From contig NC_043005.1 of the NCBI RefSeq assembly GCF_006345805.1, positions 75,020,001 through 75,084,000 on the forward strand: a DNA stretch of 64,000 nt. Reading direction: 5' to 3'. The notes beneath the pieces were generated by a model. The model did not search any database, was not told the DNA's origin, and saw only the letters and a program-made list of their open reading frames with translations. This document shows positions 28,507-43,464 of this stretch, piece after piece (position 1 is the first letter of the stretch; each line of letters begins with the position of its first letter). A program made the position numbers and the translations under genes. Origin of the DNA: Octopus sinensis. Lineage: Eukaryota.

Positions 28507-29966
28507 AGTGTGTGTGCATGTGTGTGTTTGTGTGTCTGTGTTTGTCCACCCCAACATCGCTTGACATCTGATGCTAGTGTATTTACGTCTCCATAACTTA
28601 GTCGTTTGGCAAAAGAGACCAATAGAATAAGTACTAAGCTTACAAAGAATAAGTCCTGGGGTCAATTTGCTCGACTAAAGGTGGTGCTTCAGTAAGGCCA
28701 CAGTCAAATGACTGAAACAAGTAAAAGAATAAAAGCATATATTTATTTATATATCTGTATGAGTGTGTTTGTCCCCCACCACCATATGACAACATGATGG
28801 TTTGTTTCCATCCCTGTAACTTTGCAGTTCAGTTAAAGAGATCAATAGAACAAGTACCAGTTTAAAAAAAAAAAAAGAAGTATGGTTGAATAGTTTGACT
28901 AAGCCCTTCAAAGCAGTGCCCCAGCATGGCCTCAGTCCAATTACTGAAACAAGTAAAAAATAAAAGATACATATAACTTAAAAAGAAAGCATTTAAAATG
29001 CCATATTGATCTTTAATACTTGGTATCAGCTAATAAAATTTTTAGACTCATTTAAAGTTGGTCCTCTTTTATTTCATTCAGACATTGATCCTCAAATTTG
29101 GTAATTTGGAAATCAAGGCAAAAGGATTTGATGTAAATATTCAGAATGAAACTGTCGACTTCAATAAAGGAATGATATCACAAGGTAAATATTCTTCACT
29201 GTTCTCTAAATAGACATCAAAAGTCCGTTGATACAATGGGTTGTATTTTGTAAAAAAAATATCTATATTTTTGCTTCATCATGAAAAGTGTGCAGCTTAT
29301 CTATAATTTTGAGGCCCTGATTACAAATCTTTTTTTAGATTGCTGCTGCCTTGCTGTGACAAAGGCCCCATGAATCTAACAAACGGCATCCACACTTTGC
29401 TTGCTTGTTGTTCCTTCTCAACCAATGCCTGACTCATAAGGGCCGGTTTCCTGGTTTCTTCGGTGTATAGGTTCCCCCACCTGGACAGGACGCCGATCCG
29501 TCACAAGTGAGCTGCAAAATGCAGGAGGAAAGAGTGAGAGAAAGTTGTGGTGAAAGAGTCAGCAGAAGTTCGCCATTAACTTCTGTCAGAGCCACGTGGA
29601 GCTTAGGTGTTTTGCTCATAAACACAGACATCGCCTTGTTTGAGATTTGAACTCGCGATCCCTCGATCGCGAGTTCGCTGCTCTAACCACTAGGCCATGT
29701 GCCTCCACACTTTGCTTGCTTACTGGATACCCTCTAGTGTTAGCTTACATACTCTTACTCTTTACTCTTTTACTTGTTTCAGTCATTTGACTGCGGCCAT
29801 GCTGGAGCACCGCCTTTTAGTTGAGCAAATCGACCCTGAGACTTATTCTTTGTAAGCCCAGTACTTATTCTATCGGTCTCTTTTGCTGAACTGCTAAGTG
29901 ACGGGGACGTAAACACACCAGCATCGGTTGTCAAGCAATGCTAGGGGAACAAACACAGACACACAA

Positions 29967-29999
<33 letters not shown>

Positions 30000-32900
30000 C
30001 ATATATACGACAGGCTTCTTTCAGTTTCCGTCTACCAAATCCACTCACAAGGCATTGGTCGGCCCGGGGTTATAGCAGAAGACACTTGCCCAAGATGCCA
30101 CGTAGTGGGACTGAACCCGGAACCATGTGGTTGGTTAGCAAGCTACTTACCACACAGCCACTCCTGCACCTATGTTTTATTATGTAAAGAAAATTGTGTC
30201 TCATAAACAAAGCAACATTGAAGCAGACTAGTGATGATGTCTTTACTAAGTTAGTACTTAGATATTTATTTGTTTATATATTTCCCTTGATAAGACAATA
30301 AGGACATACGTGAGGAAGATTGTTGTGAGAGCTCTTGATCTTTTCTTCTTGTAATCTCAGAATTATATGTTTTCATTGTAGGTATTACAATTATGAAACG
30401 GTATGATTACATTTCAATTGAAAGCAGCACCTCTGATATACAGCTTTTGTTCAATGAAAACATGTACATAGAGCTGACTCTAGGAGAACGGTATCGAAAT
30501 TCCAAAACAAGTGGTTTGTGTGGAAATTTTGATGGAAATCCCACTAGTAAGTACATTTATATTATTAGCATAAATCTGATTTGGCTTCTGATTTGATACA
30601 ATAGATAAAATAGTAATTCTGTTTGAATTGATGTATTCATTGTATCTTTGTGCTGGGCAGGAAAAAAAAAAACTATTTCATACTTAGTTACTTCGTAACA
30701 ACTAAAATTCAACTTATGAATTATTTAATCTATTTATTTCTTAGTAAAGAAGAAAATGGAAAGTCACAAAATTTCAGCCAGACATGTATATTTCAGTCTT
30801 AGATAGATCTCATCAGTGTGGTGTCAGATGTAAGATCAATAATTCTTTCTAACTTTAGGACAAGGCCAGCAATTTTAAGGGGAAAGAAAAGTCAATTACA
30901 TTGACCCCAGTGCTCAACTGGTACTTGATTTTATCAACCATGAAAGAATGAGAAGCAAAATCAACTTTTGTGGCATTTAAAGTTAGAATGTCAAGTGCTT
31001 GAAGAAATATTGCCAAGCATTTAATCCAGTGTTGTAACAATTCTGTCTGCTCACCACCTTTGAGTTTTAAATTAATAAGGATTTCAAATTTTGGCACAAG
31101 GCCAGAAATTTTGGGGATGGGAGTAAGTTGATTACATTGACCCCAGTGCTTAACTGGTGCTTCTTGTATCAACCCTGAAAGGATGAAAAACAAAGTCAAC
31201 CTTGGTGGAATTTGATCTCAGAATGCAAAGACAGATGAAATGCTGCTAAGCATTTTGCCCAGTGAGCACACATTTCTGCCTGTTCACCACCTTATTTTAG
31301 TTTAATGATGAGAATCAAAATACATAGTTTTCCATACCAGAAAGATTACAAGGGAGACGTAATTATGAGAATCAAGAAACGGTTTTTAAATTGAATAGAT
31401 TTCAAGAGAACACACAAAACACCAAAAATCAAAACAGTGATGTAAAGTCATTCTTTATACATTCCAGCAGACTTGGACATGAATATGATTTTTTACTGTT
31501 GGATTTTGGCTTTGTCTTTGGAGAACGATTTCTTCCTTTAGACAATGTGTATTAATAATGCACTTAATCCTAGGTGGAGTTTCAGACACCAGTGTTTCAG
31601 TATGATTGTGTCAACTCAGTGACAGACATCACCCAGATCACTGAAGTTAGATGAGAACAATTATTCATATCTAGAATTTAGTAAACAAAACGCTTGCTGA
31701 TGTGTGCTAAAGCCTGTCAAGCTGATATTAAACCATGATGATTACATAAAACAGTGAGAAACAAAATGTTGCTGTGTATATTCATTCTTTTATTGTTCTG
31801 CAGATTTGGATGAGAGTATGGCCTTTTGCTGGTGGATTTCATTTTGGACAACAGCTTCTTCATTTAGGCAATGTTTACAAAAGACATTCTTGTTCCAGTG
31901 ATGTCAAATAATGGCAATACTCGAAACTGAGTTGCAGCCATCATGTGTGTGTGTGTATGTGTCTGTGTGTGTGTATGTGTCTGTGTGTGGTGTGTGTGTG
32001 TGTGTGTGAACACATGAGAATGTGCATGCTTTGATACTAACAAGAAATGCAAGACATATTTTCATGTAATTCTTTTGTTGATTGCAGATGACTTTTACAA
32101 AAGAGATGGTGAAGCTTCCTCGTCTGAAATTGCCTTCATGACATCATTCATAAGTTTTGAGACTGATCATAAGGTAATAACTGAAAGATGTTTTCTCACA
32201 ATTACATTCTTGTAATCCTTTTATTCTTGTTTCTTTTTTTCCATGACACCAGGAAACCACTCATGACCAAATTGTTATTTTTTGTTAAATACAAGACCAG
32301 CTTTCAATTGAGCCAATCTAACAGATTACTAATTTTTTGTAATTTACTGTCACAGTTATCTCAGCTTATTTGATTCAATAATAATTCCTTCCATGAAAAT
32401 ACGGCAAAACCAAAAGATAAAGACCTTTTGGTACAATTCCAAGTTTAAAAAATAAACCAATATTCCTTAGAAATTATATTCAGTAGCTAATATCCTTAAT
32501 AAGTTGAGCCTATGATCCAATTTTAATTCCATTTAATTCCTTGCCACTCTTATGTTCTTCAGAAAGGGAAAAACTTTATGCAATCTCATTTTCTTGTTCA
32601 TAAAATTATTGTTGATCAGTTCAATTATTCCTTGCAACTATTGTTATTAAATAAAAGTTGAAGGGTCAGTAGTTTGGAAAGATTCATTGGCACTATGTGA
32701 CATCTTTGACATAGGTGCCTAACCCTGAGATAATCTACTCCTTTTAGCTGTAAATACTGAAAACAACTTACAGATGCAAGTTGTGGTGGCATCATAAATT
32801 TGATGAGGGCTTCATTAGTCTGCAATATTGAATTTAACTCCAGTAAACTTACTAAGGAAAAAGTTTTGAGCTTGTTCAAGCAAAGTCTTCCCAAGATACT

Positions 32901-34932
32901 TTAAGGAAGATGACATCTTTAGCATTGTCCCTGCAATGCAATGAATAACTGGATTCATCAACAACAATTTTGGGAACAAGAAAATAAGATTATATAAAGT
33001 TTTTTCCCTTCTGAAGAACATAAGAGTGGCATGGAATTAAATGGAATTAAAATTGGATCATAGGTTCAACTTGTTAAGGATATTAGTTACTTACTATAAC
33101 TTCTGAGAAATATTGGTCTATTTTTTAACTTGGAATTGTGCCAAAAGGTCTTTATCTTTTGGTTTTGCTGTATTTTCATGAAAGGAATTATTATTGAATC
33201 AAATAAGCTGAAACTCCACCTTGGATTAAGTGCATTATTTATACACACAGCCATTCCTATATATTGAAATTTCTACATCTGAGAAATGAAGCAGTTCTCA
33301 AACTCATTTTGTAGGTAGTTGTCCCTTATAATGAGTTCAACCTCATAGTTTGGCAGAATTTGTCGATTCTTTCTTTTTTCTTTTTTGTAAATCAGGTACA
33401 CATCATGTAAAAAAAAGCCTCCTTTCTTTTAACATGATTTTTTGTTAGTTGGTTTGTGTTTATTTTGTCATCATCATCGTCGTCATCATCATCATCTTCA
33501 TCATCAACATTACTGTCATCTGTTTTTCTTTTTTAGAAGGAGCAAATAGAGGTTTGCTTTCATTTGTTTTTAAATCTGTGGAATGTGATGTATTTCTGAG
33601 TTCATTTTGTTATAAATGAATTCTCATTTAGGCATTAAGCTACAAATCAGGGAAAAGACAATCAATCTGTTTCAAAGGGTTGCTAATAGCCTGGTCCCAA
33701 CAGGAAATCATAAAAGAATTGCAAATTTTGTTCTACAGAATTTGTAGGAGTGACTTTGTGGTAAGTAGCTCGCTTACAAACCACATGGTTCCGGGTTCAG
33801 TCCCACTGCATGGCACCTTGGGCAAGTGTCTTCTACTATAGCCTCGGGCTGACCAAAGCCTTGTGAGTGGATTTGGTAGACGGAAACTGAAAGAAGCCCA
33901 TTGTATATATGTAAATATATATGTTTTGCATGTGTATATATGTTTGTGTGTCTGTATTTGTCCCCCCAACATCGCTTGACAACCAATGCTGGTGTGTTTA
34001 TGTCCCCGTAACTTAGCGGTTCAGCAAAAGAGACTGATAGAATAAGTACTAGGCTTACAAAGAATAAGTCCTGGGGTCAATTTGCTCGACTAAAAGTGGT
34101 GCTCCAGCATGGCCACAGTCAAATGACTGAAACAAGTAAAAGAGTAAATATATGAGTTCAATTCAATTGAGAATATAATTTTATTTATAATTGTACATAA
34201 CAGAATTATTGAAATTGACTTTTGTTCTTCAGTGTGTTACAGAAGCCTTTGGACCTTGTAAAAATGTCGCAAAGAATAGCAGATGCTCAGAATTATCAGA
34301 AAAACCCTTCGCAAATTGTCATGAAAAGGTTAATATTTGAAATTTGAAATTTTGTTTATTTGTTTTTCCTATTTAATTTAATTTGATTTGTTAATTTGAT
34401 ATCATGGAAAATTAAGAGAATAACATTGAAGTCTAAAATATAAATTGAATTTTACATCATCATCATCATTGCTGTTACTATTTCTACTACAACCACTACT
34501 ACTGCAGCTGCTGCTGCTGCCGCGGCCGCGGCCGCTGCCATCACCACCACTACTACCACCATTACAACACTCCCACTACTACTACTACTACTACTACTTT
34601 TTATTTAATTATTTTAATTTTTTGAAGGAACAAGTAACAGTCCACTTTTGCTTGTTTTTCTAGTCTGATCAGAATCATCTTAATCTTCTCCGGATTTAGT
34701 TTATATCAGAGACATAAATTAAGGAACATCTCTCCTCTTTAGCCTATAGATATTTATTGTGCAAAGCTAATACTTTGACTGATATTTCATTATAGCCACA
34801 TGGCTGTGTGGTAAGAAACTTGCTTCCCAACCACATGGTTCCGGGTTCAGTCCACTGCATGGCACCTTGAGCAAGCATCTTCTACTATAGCCTCGGGCTA
34901 TATATATATATATATATATATATAGCCTCGGG

Positions 34933-34965
<33 letters not shown>

Positions 34966-37900
34966 GTTTCTTGGCAGTTTTATATTGTTTTAAATCTGTT
35001 ATTTTTGTAAGCCAGTTTAAAACTCTTTAAACATACCGAAGAAAGAAGAATTACGTGGTTGCAAAATCTTTTATCCTTTCATTAACAAAGCAGGAGTGGA
35101 TGGGTGAAATTTCACTAATATTTTTTAGAAGGTTCCTGGTACCTTTAAGCTTCAGAACCACTGATATTTATAATATATAATGATATAAATATTTCTTTAT
35201 ATAAAAATATATTTGGTACATTTTATATTCAATTAGGTCAGTCCAGAAAAATGGATTCGATTTTGTGAGACTCAAGCTTGCTTGAACAAAGAAACTGACT
35301 CTTTCTATTGTGAAATTTTCAATTACTATGCTATGGAGTGTGCATCTGCTGGAATTAATATTGACTGGAGGAAAGACTCATGTAGTAAGTAAATGATTTT
35401 GTAAAATTATGATATTCTGTTGACCCTGGGAAGATGAAAGGTGAAGCTGACTTTGGTAAGATTTGAACTCAGAATGTAAAGAACTGGAACATACTGCAGC
35501 AAGCCTTCAGCCCATCCCCCCAAAAAAGTCACCCTTTAAAAAAATTTTTTATTTCGACACAAACTCCCCTTTTTGGCTATGGGGAATACGAATCTGCAAA
35601 AAATGAGCAAAAATCGATATTTCCAAATTACCACTCCCACCCCCTTTCTTTAACTTTTTCCCAAATTTTTTTTCAAAATATGCGAAAAAATACGGAGATT
35701 ATGATTCTGAAAAAAATTTCTAAAAAATCTTTGTAAAATTTTTTTTTGTAAATATGTGGAAAAATACAGACATCATGATTCGGACAAAAATTTCAAAACA
35801 TTTCTGTACTTACGGTTATGGTTTTAGGGTTAGGGTTAGGATTAGGGTTTTAGGGTTAGTGTTGGGGAAGAAAGTCAAAATTGAAGACGTTGGCTGGGGA
35901 AAGTTTGGGAAAAATTTCATAATGCCAATTTTTGGCAATTTTCTCGAACCTCTGTATCCGAAAACAGGGATTTTTGGCAAAAAAAAATTACAAAAATAAA
36001 CAAATTTGGGAAAAAATGGTGGGGGGGAGTCTTTCCCATAGTGCAAAGCATTTTGTTCAAATCTCTACTGATTCTACTGATGGGTGTATGTATTCTGTAC
36101 ATTGGGCACATATCTTCTACTATAACACTGGTCTGACCAAATCTTTATAAGTGGGTTTGGCCAACAGAAATAGTAAGAAGCTTATGATATATGTGTGTGT
36201 GTGTGTGTATGTGGGTGTTTGCATGTATCCTTCTGATATTCCATCATACAAGCAGTGTTTTACTTTCAGTCTTCTGGAAAACACAGGAAAACATGTCTGA
36301 CCATGAGAAAAACTGCCTTATTTGGAAATAGATGAGTTAGTAACTGGATGAGCACTGGGCATCAAAAATCTGCTTCAGTAAACTCTATCTGACCCATGCA
36401 AGTATTAAACGGAAGATGTTAAGTGATGATGATAATACACACATACATACACACATGCATGCACGTACACACATGCATGCGCACACACACACATATTTAC
36501 AAGAAAAAGAGATGATGCAGGAAAGACAATGGTTATATTATGAACTTCATTAGCTCACTGCTGTTTCTGCTATAAGATGCAGTGCACTTGTAATTGAGTG
36601 TCTGATTAACATCCTATAAATTCACCAGAGCCTCGAATATGAAATGCAATTTATTTGGGAAAAAAGAATTACCTTTTTGCAACAGATACTATGTTATTAG
36701 TCTCACAATGCTTAAGTGAAATATGTATGTATGTGTGTGTGTGTGAATGTATGTATGTATGTTATATATTTTATGTACATATGTACGTATATATGTAACT
36801 GAATTTGGTATGATTGATGAGTAGCGGAAGTAATAGGACGTTGAATTAAAAGCTTTACAATATTAAACTTACTGTCCTTCTGCATTCAAATCTCACCAAA
36901 GCCAGCTTTGGCATTCATCTCTTCAGTGCTTACAACATACACATGTTCTGTGCTGTTTCATTTGAAAACACATTTCTTTGAAAAACTTCTTTCTGGCCTT
37001 GTACTAATGAAATAAACCATTATTTCAATTCTAAAAATATAAATTTAATATTATCAACAATATTTTACTTTCTTTTTAGGTTTTTACCATCAGTATTTTA
37101 ACTTTACATAGGCACTAAGAACATTCCCTTTTTCTTTCGTTTCCTAAGTTACCAACTTTCTATGAAGAAAAAAAAACATTTCGAGAATTTCCTTCAGATT
37201 GTAATTAATTTCAATGAAATATCTCTCTTCATAAAATACCTAAGTTACAGGTTAAATCATACTGAAGGTTTCTAAAAAGAATGAAATAGTGCTATAATGA
37301 TTACGACTGACTAGAAATTGTAAGAACTTCATAGATAAAAAGAAAAAACTAAACATGCAAACTCTGTGCATCTTAATTTTAAATTCAAATTTCTAATCTT
37401 GTCTCATGTTGCAGGGAATAATTATCTTTCTTGCATTAACAGCTATAACCAGAGGGCACCACATGTAATTTAACTTCAGCCTTCCTTTTTTCTTTTCATC
37501 TTTGTTTTATCCATTTCTGCTTTCAGGAGAAACCTGTCCTAAAGGATTTGTCTTCAGTGAACAAGTCCCTCTTTGTCCATTGACTTGTGACAGCAGCAAC
37601 AGTGAATTTGAAAGCAAAACTTGTGACTTCGGAACCAGACCATCATGCCATTGTCCAAAAGGACAAGTCCTAGAAAACAACACATGTATCACTGCTACAG
37701 AATGTCCATGTTGGTACCAGGAAAAGAAATATAAACATGGTGCCAAAGTTAAAATGGAATGTAATACCTGGTACAGTTATCATTTAACATTTTCTTCTAT
37801 GATTTAAACTTTTAAGCTCACTTTGCAACCGCATAATTTCAGGTTCAGTCCCACTGCATGGCACCTTGGGTAAGTGTCTTCTACTTTGACTCCAGACTGA

Positions 37901-40264
37901 CCAATCCCTTGTGAGTGAATTTGGTAAATGGAAAATTTAAGTGTATATATATGAGTGTGTGTGTGTGTGTGTGTGCTTTGTATGTTGCTGTATTACATGC
38001 TGTGTGAATAGGCATATTAAGCATGTGTTTCTGTGTGTGTGTGTGAAATTTTAGTTGTAATTTCTGTGGTTGAATGCGATTGTTGCCTAAATTTGAATAA
38101 AAGTTGATGGTTGAAAAACATAATTCTCAAGTTCTCTAGTGACCTCTCACCTTGAAGCACTCTCACATAAATTCTTTCAGAATTCCTTGCCCACAGGTGA
38201 ACAAACTTCTCACCATTTATAAATTCTCTTGTATTCTTTAGTGCTCTTATCTGTAAATCCATCTACCTACCTTCTCTTCCCATTATTCACAAGAGGGTCA
38301 TAGGGGTAGAATTCTCAGACATCTCCTCCAGAGTGTCCTATCAGAAGCAGCTGTCAGATTTCCTGGCTGGATTCCCAAGTGCAACCAACTGGAAATATAG
38401 ATATTATGCAACTATTTCATTCTTGTCTATCCTTAGGTTTCCTACCAGTTGACTTGGCTTGAAAAATCCATCTTGTGACTCTTCCCTACAACATTCTAAT
38501 CACATGTCCATAAGCACCAGAGCTGTGGCATCTCAATGCCATGTAGTGGCTTAACATGGAGAGACACCTTGACCTCTGAACTTTGAAACATCAAGGTTTT
38601 CATCTCCTCATAATAACTTAATTAAATTTACAAACTTCACTAAATATATTTTACCTGTTCAAACCACCATTAATTCCTCTGGTATTTATTTATGCTAAAT
38701 AAATTTACTAGTTTTGATTTTCACCAGGACTGTTATAAATTAACATTAATTTTGATATTAATTTTCATTTAATTATAGTGAGTGCAAACATGGACTATGG
38801 GAATGTGGTAAAAAAGCTTGTCCAGCAATTTGCCGGATACTTGGAAGGTCAAATATTAAAACATTTGATGGAAGCTTCTATGATTTTGAACCATCTGCTT
38901 GTAAATATACATTATTAGAAGTAAGTTATCTTTTATATCTATATTATCTAAAAATCCACTGCTTATTAAACAAATTATTAATTAATGGACATATATATAT
39001 TTTTATAGTCACAGGCTGACAATGATTTGAACTTGAAGATCACTCTGATGTATTCAAAATGTAAAGAAATCTGGATGGATGATCTGAACTGTATTAAAAG
39101 CTTCACAATTAACCACAACAACCACTCTTTGCACATATGTAACAATGATACCACTGTCAATGGAATTCGCTTTTCCGGTCAGTCCTATTATAATGAAGAG
39201 ATAAGTGTTGTTCCTGTTTCGTCTCACTTTATGCTTATTGCTGCCAAGGGATTTCGCATATTATACAGTCAAGGTCAACAAATGTATATCCAGCTTGATG
39301 ATACTTTTAAAGACAAGGTATTTATATAATTGAATATAATAATAAGCATAGTGTTTTCATAAATTTGTGTATATATATATATATATATTTGTCCAAGATC
39401 ACGGAGTATGAAAAAGAGTAGTATAAGTGAAGAGAGGGGAGAGAAAATAGTAATTCAGTGAAGGAGAAGTAGTGAGAGTAATAGCCCTGAACGGGAGAGA
39501 GTGAGAGAAAGTAATAGCAATGAGAGAAAGGAAGTGGCAAAGAGCACGTCGTGTATCTTCTGTTTTTTGCCATCACAACATATGAATGAGAAAGGAAGGG
39601 GTGATAGATGAATAATGAAAGAAGGGGTGAAAAAAATCAGCATTTAAACTCTGTGTGAGTATATGTGTGTGTATGTAAAAGGGAAGTATGTGAATGTTTT
39701 GTGTGTATGTGTGTGTGTGTGTGTGTGCAATAAAAATGGGATGGTGAACATTCAATGCTGAAAAGAAAAATCAAACAGCATTTCAACTCTGTTTGAGTAT
39801 ATGTTGTGTGTGTGCATGTACAAGGGAAATATGTGAATATTTGTATTTGTGATTATTATGTACCTTACTTTGTACCTTATTTACATATATAAAATACTAC
39901 AATTAGCTGTCATTTTTGATGGCACAGGGTCAGCTAGTTTATATATTAAATCATTTGACCTTATTCTCTCTATGTAGTCCAGACAATAGGTTATAAAGTA
40001 AAATGATAGAGAACTGAGCTTCTGAGTTGGTTTCTTTCTCCGACTTGCTTATGTTTACTTGTGTTATCAACATCTAAAAGAAAAGGCTGAGCACCACTAC
40101 CCGTATTTTCTCTTTCAAGTGGCTTTGCATTTCAGAAGCTTGCTCTCCAGCCACATGGACTTAAGTTCGATCCTAGAGTGTGACACCTTGGTCTTTTACT
40201 ATAGCCCCAGGCTGACCAAATCTTAATGAGTGGATTTCATAGATGGAGACTGAAAGAAGCCTGT

Positions 40265-40295
<31 letters not shown>

Positions 40296-43200
40296 CAGAT
40301 AAGAAAATGGAGAAACAATTTAGTTGGTTCATCAGCTTTAGTATAGTAGAATGTTGACTTATTTATTTATTTAACAAAAATGAGAACCTTAATAACATAC
40401 ATATATACATTATAATTCAATACATATAAGAATACAATTATAAAAATCTTAATATAAATTATTATCTCTTAGTGGGTTGGATCCACAACCCTTAACTTAC
40501 TTGGTGTTTTATATATATATATATATATCCTCATCATCATTTAACAAACACACCCATACAAATATAGATTGATTGATAGATAGATAGATAGATATGTGTG
40601 TGTGAGTGTGTCTATGTGTATGTGGGTGTGTGTGTTTGTGCATGTGCATGTGTTTATGTTTATTCTTACCTATGCATCACCATATCACAGGATGTTGTAA
40701 ATGTACATCAGTGCCATGCAAACAAGGTTGTGCACTTCCAGTCTTCTGCTAAAACCATATCTAGCTATGGGTAAAATATTACCTTGTTTGGAAACAGGTG
40801 AGGGTTGATGACAAGAGGAGCCTCTGGCCATAGGAAAATCTGCCTTAACATATTCCTTCTGACCCATGCAAGCATGGAAAAGTGGAAATTAAAATATAAA
40901 GACTGATGATGATGACAGGTTCTATTTAAGAATATAAGAATAACTGGGCTTGGGCGTAGCTGTATGGTAAGAAGCTTGCTTCCCAACCACATGGTTCCAG
41001 GTTCAGTTCCACTCTGTGGTACTTTAGGCAAGTGTCTTCTATTATAGCTTCAGGCTGGCCAAAGCCTTGTGAGTGGATTTGGTAGATGAAAACTGAAAGC
41101 CCTTTGTATAAATATGTGGGATGTGTGTGTGTATGTGTGTGCGAGAGAGAGAGAGAGTGTTTGTGTGTCTTTGTGTGTGTATTTGTCCATCACCATCACT
41201 TGACAACTGGTGTTGGTGTGTTCACATCCCTATAACCTTTGGGAAAAGAAACCGATAGAAAAAGTACCAGGCATGAAAAGAATAGAAAGGTATTGGGGTT
41301 GATCCATTCAACTAAAATCCTTCAAGGCAGTGCCCCAGCATGGTCGCACTCTAATGACTGAAACAAACAAAAGATAAAAAATAAAAAAATACTAATGCTT
41401 GTCTATAAGATGTTTGTAAGCATTATAATATTTATATAAAATAATTCTATGTCTAGTGAAGATTTGATTTGTTTTTTCCCCACAATTATTTTTATGTATT
41501 TAGTGGATTTTTAAAATTTACTTTGTGAGGAAACTAATTTTGTCTTATATTCTGTCTCAATATCAAACAGATTTATTTCTATTTCTTTTAATGTTTAGAT
41601 CCAGGGATTGTGTGGAAACTTCAATCATGATATCAATGATGAATTTTATGAATCTTCTAGTCTGCTTATGGATAAGTATAGCTTTGTCTCAGCATATAAA
41701 GAGGAACTCTGCCCTGAACCACAAAGGAAAGACATTGAAACGCATCCGTGTTCTGCATTTTCATTTGTAAGTTTCATGAAATTCCTTCTAACCTTTTGAA
41801 ACAAGAAAGAAAAAGATAATTTTCATGTTTTGTTTCATCTGCTGGACACAGACATTGTACTACTATAAGAATTTTTTCTATACTAGAGGGACTTTGGTCC
41901 TGCTAGTATAGAAGGTGATGGCTATTTTAATGTGCTCATTCTATAATCTTTATTGGAAATAAAATATACTGGCCTGAAGTTAAACAGCAACATTTCCCTT
42001 TATATAATCTCTAAACAATTTAAAAAATTTTATATCCTAAAACCACCCTGGTAATGCTTGTCTGTGAAGAGCTCTGCCTCATCAACCTTTTTCCTCATCC
42101 ACATTTCATCTTTCAACACCCAAAAAGCACTGGTGATGGTGCCATGTAAAAAGCACCCAGTACACTCTGTAAAGTGGTTGGCATTAGGAAGGGTATCCAG
42201 CTGTTGAAACCAAGCCAAAACATGATAGTATTAATAGGAGAATATGAGTTTCTTATATTAAATAATATCAAATAGTAATGGTTTTTCACATTAAATAATA
42301 CTCTTATGAAATATTAATTTTTTACATTAAATAACAATGGTTTCATACATTGGCAGAGTGGTATAATTTATTCCATATTCATCAGTGTTACTCTTGGGGA
42401 AAATATGAATGAATTAATGTCTAATTTCCCTTTCTCTGGACTGCATCAAAGTAGCAAAGTGAGTAAGAGAAGGAAATGTACTGAGCTACTGGAGCCATAT
42501 GCCAAAACAATGGGTAGCATGCCATTGAGATGGGATGCAGAGAATTTTCAGGCTAGTCCCCTGCAGAGTGTACAACATGCTTGGCATCACAGGAATCTGT
42601 GGGTAGAAGAAGGACATCATGTTGGCTGTGGAATCATGAGAGGTTTCCTCAAAGTGGCTGTGGATCAAGTGGTTCAAACCCTGGAAGGGGCAGTGCTACC
42701 AGAGGTACAGTGCTAACTGGACACAAGCGAGGGTTTGATCAACCCTGGTTGAGTCACCTGGGTGTGGGTATCTGATAATGAAAGATTCAAAACACCTAAC
42801 GACCCCAGGAAACAATGTTGATGATAGGTCCAGCTGCATCATAGGATGATGTTTAAAAAATGGCTTCAAATCTGTAAAGGTCCAATTATTCTAAATAATT
42901 ATTATTTCTAACTATTTTCCAATTTATAAATTGAATAATAGGAGAAATTATTTTCTTTCAGAATATAAAACAAAAAGATGAAAATTGTGCCATATTTGAA
43001 AATAGTGAGTTGTTAGGTGCCTGTTATGATGTGGTTCCTTATGAACATTTCTTCCATCTTTGTCAAAAAGAGATGTGTACCAGTACTCACAACAACAATG
43101 CTGCAATGTGTATCATACTTGAAACCTACCTTAGAGAGTGTGCACTCCATGGGACACATATTAAATTATCAAAGGCCATTGCTGAAAAATGTTGTAAGTA

Positions 43201-43430
43201 CACTGTCTTTAATATGGCATAATTGTTTTGATGTTAAGGATTTTGTTTTGCTTTATGCATAATTTTGATGCTAGTTACCTGCATGTTTTAAAAGATCAAA
43301 TTTAAGGGACTATTTATACACATATACATATATGTATAAACATTCATACATGCATACATACATACATACATACATACATACATACATACACACACACATA
43401 TACACACACATACACACACATATACACACA

Positions 43431-43464
<34 letters not shown>

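Noticed and set aside
42330-42400. Other CTGA-N-GA-like cores (minus ~42385, ~58355, ~1450; plus ~43797)
   Set aside because: Each lacks an intact core, stem I or stem III; the 7-mer is expected by chance many times in 64 kb.
42405-42775. 103-aa and overlapping ORFs
   Set aside because: No motif, no splice signals that fit the gene model; likely decayed repeat.
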